A DNA stretch of 64,000 nt, from NCBI GenBank assembly GCA_029856155.1, contig JAHQWL010000081.1:32001-96000 (forward strand), in the 5' to 3' direction. Of this stretch, positions 59,706 to 64,000 are shown in pieces. Origin of the DNA: Promethearchaeia archaeon. Lineage in GTDB: Archaea; Asgardarchaeota; Lokiarchaeia; Sigyniarchaeales; SOKP01. Each line of letters starts with the position of its first letter. Position 1 is the first letter of the stretch. The position numbers and the translations under genes were made by a program. The notes below the pieces were generated by a model, which was not told the DNA's origin, made no database searches, and saw nothing but the letters and a program-made list of their open reading frames with translations.

Positions 59706-62700
59706 TTAATTTATTTTCTCCTCTTTTCCCTTTCTAAAAAAGTATAAAACCAAAATAATGGTAGTAATAATTGCAGGAAACGCAAATATTGCGGGATTGC
59801 CTCCACTGAAAAGGAATAGATAATATGAAATTGTTACAATTGAAGCAAAAAAAGCTATAATACTCCCATATTGGCTCGCAAAATTTTTTAGATGTCGTAG
59901 CATCATATTGACTTTATAATTTGTGCTTTTGATTACTTCTAATTCTGTTTCATCAATTTCATCTAAAACTTCTGGATTTTCATAATAAATAGACAATACT
60001 GGATTATATTTACCATTTAATTTTCCAGCACTGATTAAAAATAATAAATGGTCTTGGATATTTTGTTTTTTTATTTTTAACTCATTATTCAAAAACCCTA
60101 CTGTCAAATATTCGTTTGCTACAGCCTTTATAGTCATATCAATGTAGGATTTTAATATTAAACGTTCTAACGCTTTCACTTTTTCGTTTAAAATCTCAGA
60201 ATATTCATCTATAAAGTTATTAAAGTCTTCTAAAATAAATTTCGATATTTGATTAAAGTTTTTAGATTGTTTAGAAAAATCCTTGAATTTCGCTTCAACA
60301 CTTTTTTTAATCTCTTTTATCTCTGAATCAATTGTCTTAGCTCTCCTTTGGATCAAAATATTGCTTTTCTTAAATTCTTTGATTTCTATATTATCTTCTA
60401 CTTTTCTTTCTAAATTTCCAAGTAATTGGCTTAAATTTATCTTATTTTTATTAATTAAAGTTAATAATTGTTCACGGTATGATTCATTCTTCATTGCTAC
60501 TATCTGATCACTAATTTTTTGTATCTTGTTGTTATACTCATTAACGAAATTATTTTTGGCTTTTACATATAACTCTCTAATTTCAGGTACTAGTTTAGCT
60601 AAATCGCCCGATTTGTGTAATAAGGCATTTATTTTGTGTTCAATTTTATCTTGAGATTGTTTTAGATTCTCCTTAAAAATAAGTTTTTTATTTACAAATG
60701 TTTCTTGAATTTTAATATAATTCTCATAACCTTCGGTTTTTTTAAAAACTTTAGCAATATATCCCTTTAATTCAGTATTGAGAGAGTTAAATTGTTGTTC
60801 GATGAAGATATGTTTTTTATTGAATTGATTTAAACCGTGTTTAATATTATTTATAGCACTTCTTTCATTTTCTAAAATAGATTCAAAATATTTTTTAGAT
60901 TCAAGGAATTCTTCTCGTTCTTGATTAATTTGAAGTTCTTTTACCTTTTCATAGAATTGTTTTGGTAGTACTTCTTTAAAAATTCTTAAATCATTGATTC
61001 TATTTTGAAGTTCTAACATATTTACATTCAATGTTCTATTCCTAATACTCGAATCATATAAGGCAAGAATTTTTCCAATTCTTTCCCTATTTAGTTTTAA
61101 TAAATTATTATCAATATAATTCTTGAGTTCTTTATTTAAATAATAATACTTTGTGTACACCAAAATGGTTTTTTCCTTATCGTCAAGTTCCGCATTAATT
61201 TTAGATATATCGATCATAGCTTTTAATTTATTTATAAGAACTTTACATGATAAGTTGACTTCTTTCTTCAAATCCACTAATTTAATGTTATTCGTTTTTT
61301 TCTCGACAATTATTGCACTTATTTTATTTGAAATGATATTATTTATGAGATCATCTTTCAAGAGAGATATTTCATTTATAAAATAGTTATTGAATTTTTC
61401 CCATTGGATTATGCTTAATTCTGACTCCTCTTTAAAATTCTCTCTATATTTAACACATTCATTTAGTTTTTTTTGGTAAGTCTTATTTATCTTATTAAAA
61501 TTAGATTCAAGAGTGTCAAATTCATTCATTATAGCTTCAATTTTTAGATTAGTTGAATTTTCTATATTACTTTTGACACCATTTAGTTGAGATTTAAATT
61601 TAACAATCTCTTGAGAGACAAAATTATCAAAATCTTCTATTCTCGATCGATTTCTTTCTTCAATAATTTTATTCTTTAAAATTTTTACTTGGTTTGCAAT
61701 TAATTCAATTACATTAGTTTCTAACTTTTCTACCTTTTCTTGAAGGTGACGATAAAGTAAAGAAAGCTTTTGTTTTCTTTTGATTTCTAGTTTTATTGTT
61801 GATTGAAGTTCTTTAATTTCATTTAGCCTTTCATTCATTAGAAAATCTGATTCTTTTTTGGTAATATTGAAAGCATCCTGAAACTTATTTTCTAAAATTT
61901 TACTTTTAGCTTTTTCTTCAATTTCTTTTATATCAGTCTCTATTCTATTATTGATCTCTTCAATTTTTTGTTGGTTAATGTTAAAAAATTGGAAACCATC
62001 TGTATAATAATTAAAATCTTCATCGAATTTTTCTTTAATTCTTATCCAATTATCTATTACTTTCTTATGTTTCTTAACTATTTTTCTTTCTTTAGTTGTA
62101 ACCTGTTGAGATACATTATAAATAATTTTATCATATTTCCTTACATTTTGAGATATTTTATCCAAATCATACATTATAAGATTGACTTTTTCACCATCAT
62201 ACTCCTTTTCTAGAGTTTCACAAAAAATCTTTCTAAATGAGTCTATTTTTTTATCTAAATCTTCTTCTATGATTCTTATTTTTTCTTTAAGAGTTTCTAA
62301 TAGATTATTTAAATTTCTTACTTCTTCTTTTTCCTGAATTTTACTTTTCAGATATGAATCTACTTCAGTTAACCTTTTTTGCAGAACTGAGTATAATTTT
62401 TTCCAATTTGAGATTTCTGAACCTAAACTAGCTTGTATATTAACATAATTAAGTTCTTCATAGAATGAGTTTTCAATATTTTCATTTAAAAAATCCGCTT
62501 CCATTAAGGCATCCCTTATTACAAATTTTAATCTCTGTTTAGCATAGTCGATCTCATTAATTAGAAGATAACTTTCTATTTCTTCTCGTATCTGAGAAGT
62601 AATACCCTCTAATTTCAAAGTCATATTATAAATATCATTCTTTATATCCACCAATTTCTCTTTTTCTTCAAATAATCTTTCCACATTTAGATCCATGTCA

Positions 62701-64000
62701 GATACGATTATATTTTTAAAAAGATAATTCAAATAGAAGAAATATTTTGTTTTGATACCTAAAAAGACTTTTTTTGTTCTTATATTTCCATTAAAAAATC
62801 TTTTCTCAACCATATCTCTAATAATGGGAAAGATTTCTTCCTTTAATTTCAATGGTTCATTATGGAGAGTTCTATACCTTTTAAAAAGATCGGAAAGAGA
62901 AACTATGCTATTATTTAACAGTTTTTCATAGAATTCTTGAAAAAATACTTTTTTACCATAGCTAAAATTACTAATATAATTCTTGAATTCAGTCTCATTG
63001 TTTAGAACGCATAAATTAAAATTATAGTTAAGATTAATATATGAAATAAGTTCATCTATATATTCTTCTAAACCAAAAGTGGTTTTAAGTTGATTTATAT
63101 CAATAAATTTTTCCTTTTCTAATTGCTTAAAAAGTAACCTCTCAATTTCATCAATAAATTTCTTCCAAACCAAGGATAAAAGAATTATTAACTTTGAAGC
63201 TTCACTCAATTTATCAGAATCCAAAATAGTTTGATTATCTAATATTAAATTTAGTTTTTTATTTATAAAAGAAAAAACTCCAGCGGGATTATAATCTAAA
63301 ATCCAAGAATATAATTCAAGAGTATAAACAAGCCAAAAAGTTATTTCAATATTATCCATTTGATTAAAACTAAAACCACCACTTTCTTTTTGTAATTGTT
63401 GAAGGAATTGAATTTCTTTTTCTTTTACTTCTAAGTCGAGATCCAAATACTTAAGACAAAGAAATCTGAAAATTAACGAAGGACCTCTTTTTTTATCACC
63501 GAGATATAAGCCAAATTGGTCTCTATTAACGCGAACATCAATACAAAGAAGAGAGAAGATTTCTAGAACATAATACAACGTCTGAGCGGAGGTGATGTTC
63601 TTATCAATATAACACTCTTTATCTTGACAGTGTAAGAATTTATTACCCTTTTTAAGTGACAATACAAAATTTTTAATTTCTCCTTTAATTTGGTCAGGTT
63701 CTTTAGAAAAGAGATATTGTTTTAATAATCCTAAATTCTTAAGGCAAGATAAAGCTAAATAGGTGGAGTGGAGATCAGGAATATTTTCCGAATGTGGAGA
63801 GCGTTTAAATCCTAACTGTTCATATTGTTGAATTTCACAATTCTTTATATAATCAAAGATTTCATCTCTATGAAATGTTTTTTCTTGTTTAAGGTATTTC
63901 CTAAGTAAAAGAAACCAAAAAATTGTCTCTAAATTTAAATTAGGGTCTTTTAATAAGTTTTGATTATAATATTGATAGAAATCAACTAATCTATTATGCT
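59706..64000 (-). CDS. Giant protein (>1430 aa, 5'-truncated): prenyltransferase-like repeats, PCI-like winged helices, coiled coils, 2 C-terminal TM helices
   Basis: Frame stays open past 63662 to the window end (…GFKRSPHSENIPDLHSTYLALSCL…); LQKESGGFSF; PCI-like segments; hydrophobic C-terminal hairpin. Confidence 0.8.
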   Translation of the reverse strand, partial: HNRLVDFYQYYNQNLLKDPNLNLETIFWFLLLRKYLKQEKTFHRDEIFDYIKNCEIQQYEQLGFKRSPHSENIPDLHSTYLALSCLKNLGLLKQYLFSKEPDQIKGEIKNFVLSLKKGNKFLHCQDKECYIDKNITSAQTLYYVLEIFSLLCIDVRVNRDQFGLYLGDKKRGPSLIFRFLCLKYLDLDLEVKEKEIQFLQQLQKESGGFSFNQMDNIEITFWLVYTLELYSWILDYNPAGVFSFINKKLNLILDNQTILDSDKLSEASKLIILLSLVWKKFIDEIERLLFKQLEKEKFIDINQLKTTFGLEEYIDELISYINLNYNFNLCVLNNETEFKNYISNFSYGKKVFFQEFYEKLLNNSIVSLSDLFKRYRTLHNEPLKLKEEIFPIIRDMVEKRFFNGNIRTKKVFLGIKTKYFFYLNYLFKNIIVSDMDLNVERLFEEKEKLVDIKNDIYNMTLKLEGITSQIREEIESYLLINEIDYAKQRLKFVIRDALMEADFLNENIENSFYEELNYVNIQASLGSEISNWKKLYSVLQKRLTEVDSYLKSKIQEKEEVRNLNNLLETLKEKIRIIEEDLDKKIDSFRKIFCETLEKEYDGEKVNLIMYDLDKISQNVRKYDKIIYNVSQQVTTKERKIVKKHKKVIDNWIRIKEKFDEDFNYYTDGFQFFNINQQKIEEINNRIETDIKEIEEKAKSKILENKFQDAFNITKKESDFLMNERLNEIKELQSTIKLEIKRKQKLSLLYRHLQEKVEKLETNVIELIANQVKILKNKIIEERNRSRIEDFDNFVSQEIVKFKSQLNGVKSNIENSTNLKIEAIMNEFDTLESNFNKINKTYQKKLNECVKYRENFKEESELSIIQWEKFNNYFINEISLLKDDLINNIISNKISAIIVEKKTNNIKLVDLKKEVNLSCKVLINKLKAMIDISKINAELDDKEKTILVYTKYYYLNKELKNYIDNNLLKLNRERIGKILALYDSSIRNRTLNVNMLELQNRINDLRIFKEVLPKQFYEKVKELQINQEREEFLESKKYFESILENERSAINNIKHGLNQFNKKHIFIEQQFNSLNTELKGYIAKVFKKTEGYENYIKIQETFVNKKLIFKENLKQSQDKIEHKINALLHKSGDLAKLVPEIRELYVKAKNNFVNEYNNKIQKISDQIVAMKNESYREQLLTLINKNKINLSQLLGNLERKVEDNIEIKEFKKSNILIQRRAKTIDSEIKEIKKSVEAKFKDFSKQSKNFNQISKFILEDFNNFIDEYSEILNEKVKALERLILKSYIDMTIKAVANEYLTVGFLNNELKIKKQNIQDHLLFLISAGKLNGKYNPVLSIYYENPEVLDEIDETELEVIKSTNYKVNMMLRHLKNFASQYGSIIAFFASIVTISYYLFLFSGGNPAIFAFPAIITTIILVLYFFRKGKEEKIN

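Noticed and set aside
4649-62213. Many short ORFs overlapping real genes (e.g. 4649, 7432, 8975, 9303, 12965, 14126, 14365, 15731, 19278, 22974, 33205-35445 set, 36193, 48847, 54764, 55574, 55818, 58327, 60283, 61153, 61968)
   Set aside because: Antisense or alternate-frame shadows of well-supported genes, with no recognisable motifs.
1-64000. CRISPR array, rRNA, IS/transposase, selenoprotein with SECIS
   Set aside because: No regularly spaced repeats, rRNA-like tracts or transposase motifs; no in-frame TGA at a Cys-equivalent position was noticed. The 16109-16193 hairpin lacks a convincing SECIS core.

Overview
AT-rich archaeal chromosomal DNA, most likely from a Lokiarchaeia (Asgard) genome. 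The assignment rests on archaeal-type ThrRS, GluRS, RibK/RibL, Rps8e, SRP19, proteasome beta and histone, together with a Rab-like GTPase, a longin-like protein, PCI-like winged-helix proteins and many Zn-ribbon proteins. There are about 55 CDS, tRNA-Arg(GCG), and tRNA-Pro(GGG) carrying a non-canonical T-arm intron. No CRISPR array, rRNA, transposase or integrase was seen. Top finding: a ~1770-aa Toll-like-receptor-style protein (signal peptide, five beta-helix modules, one TM helix, cytoplasmic TIR domain) whose TIR domain is hidden by a 1-nt frameshift. Other highlights: a decayed CheR-coiled-coil-CheD fusion; a giant prenyltransferase-fold/PCI/coiled-coil membrane protein; a GT87 plus HGSNAT-type acyltransferase cluster; an SDR/ALDH operon with two SCP2-like proteins; a tandem duplication of 7TM genes; and a degenerate copy of the intron-containing tRNA 3' end. 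All calls come from motif recognition by eye; no searches were run.
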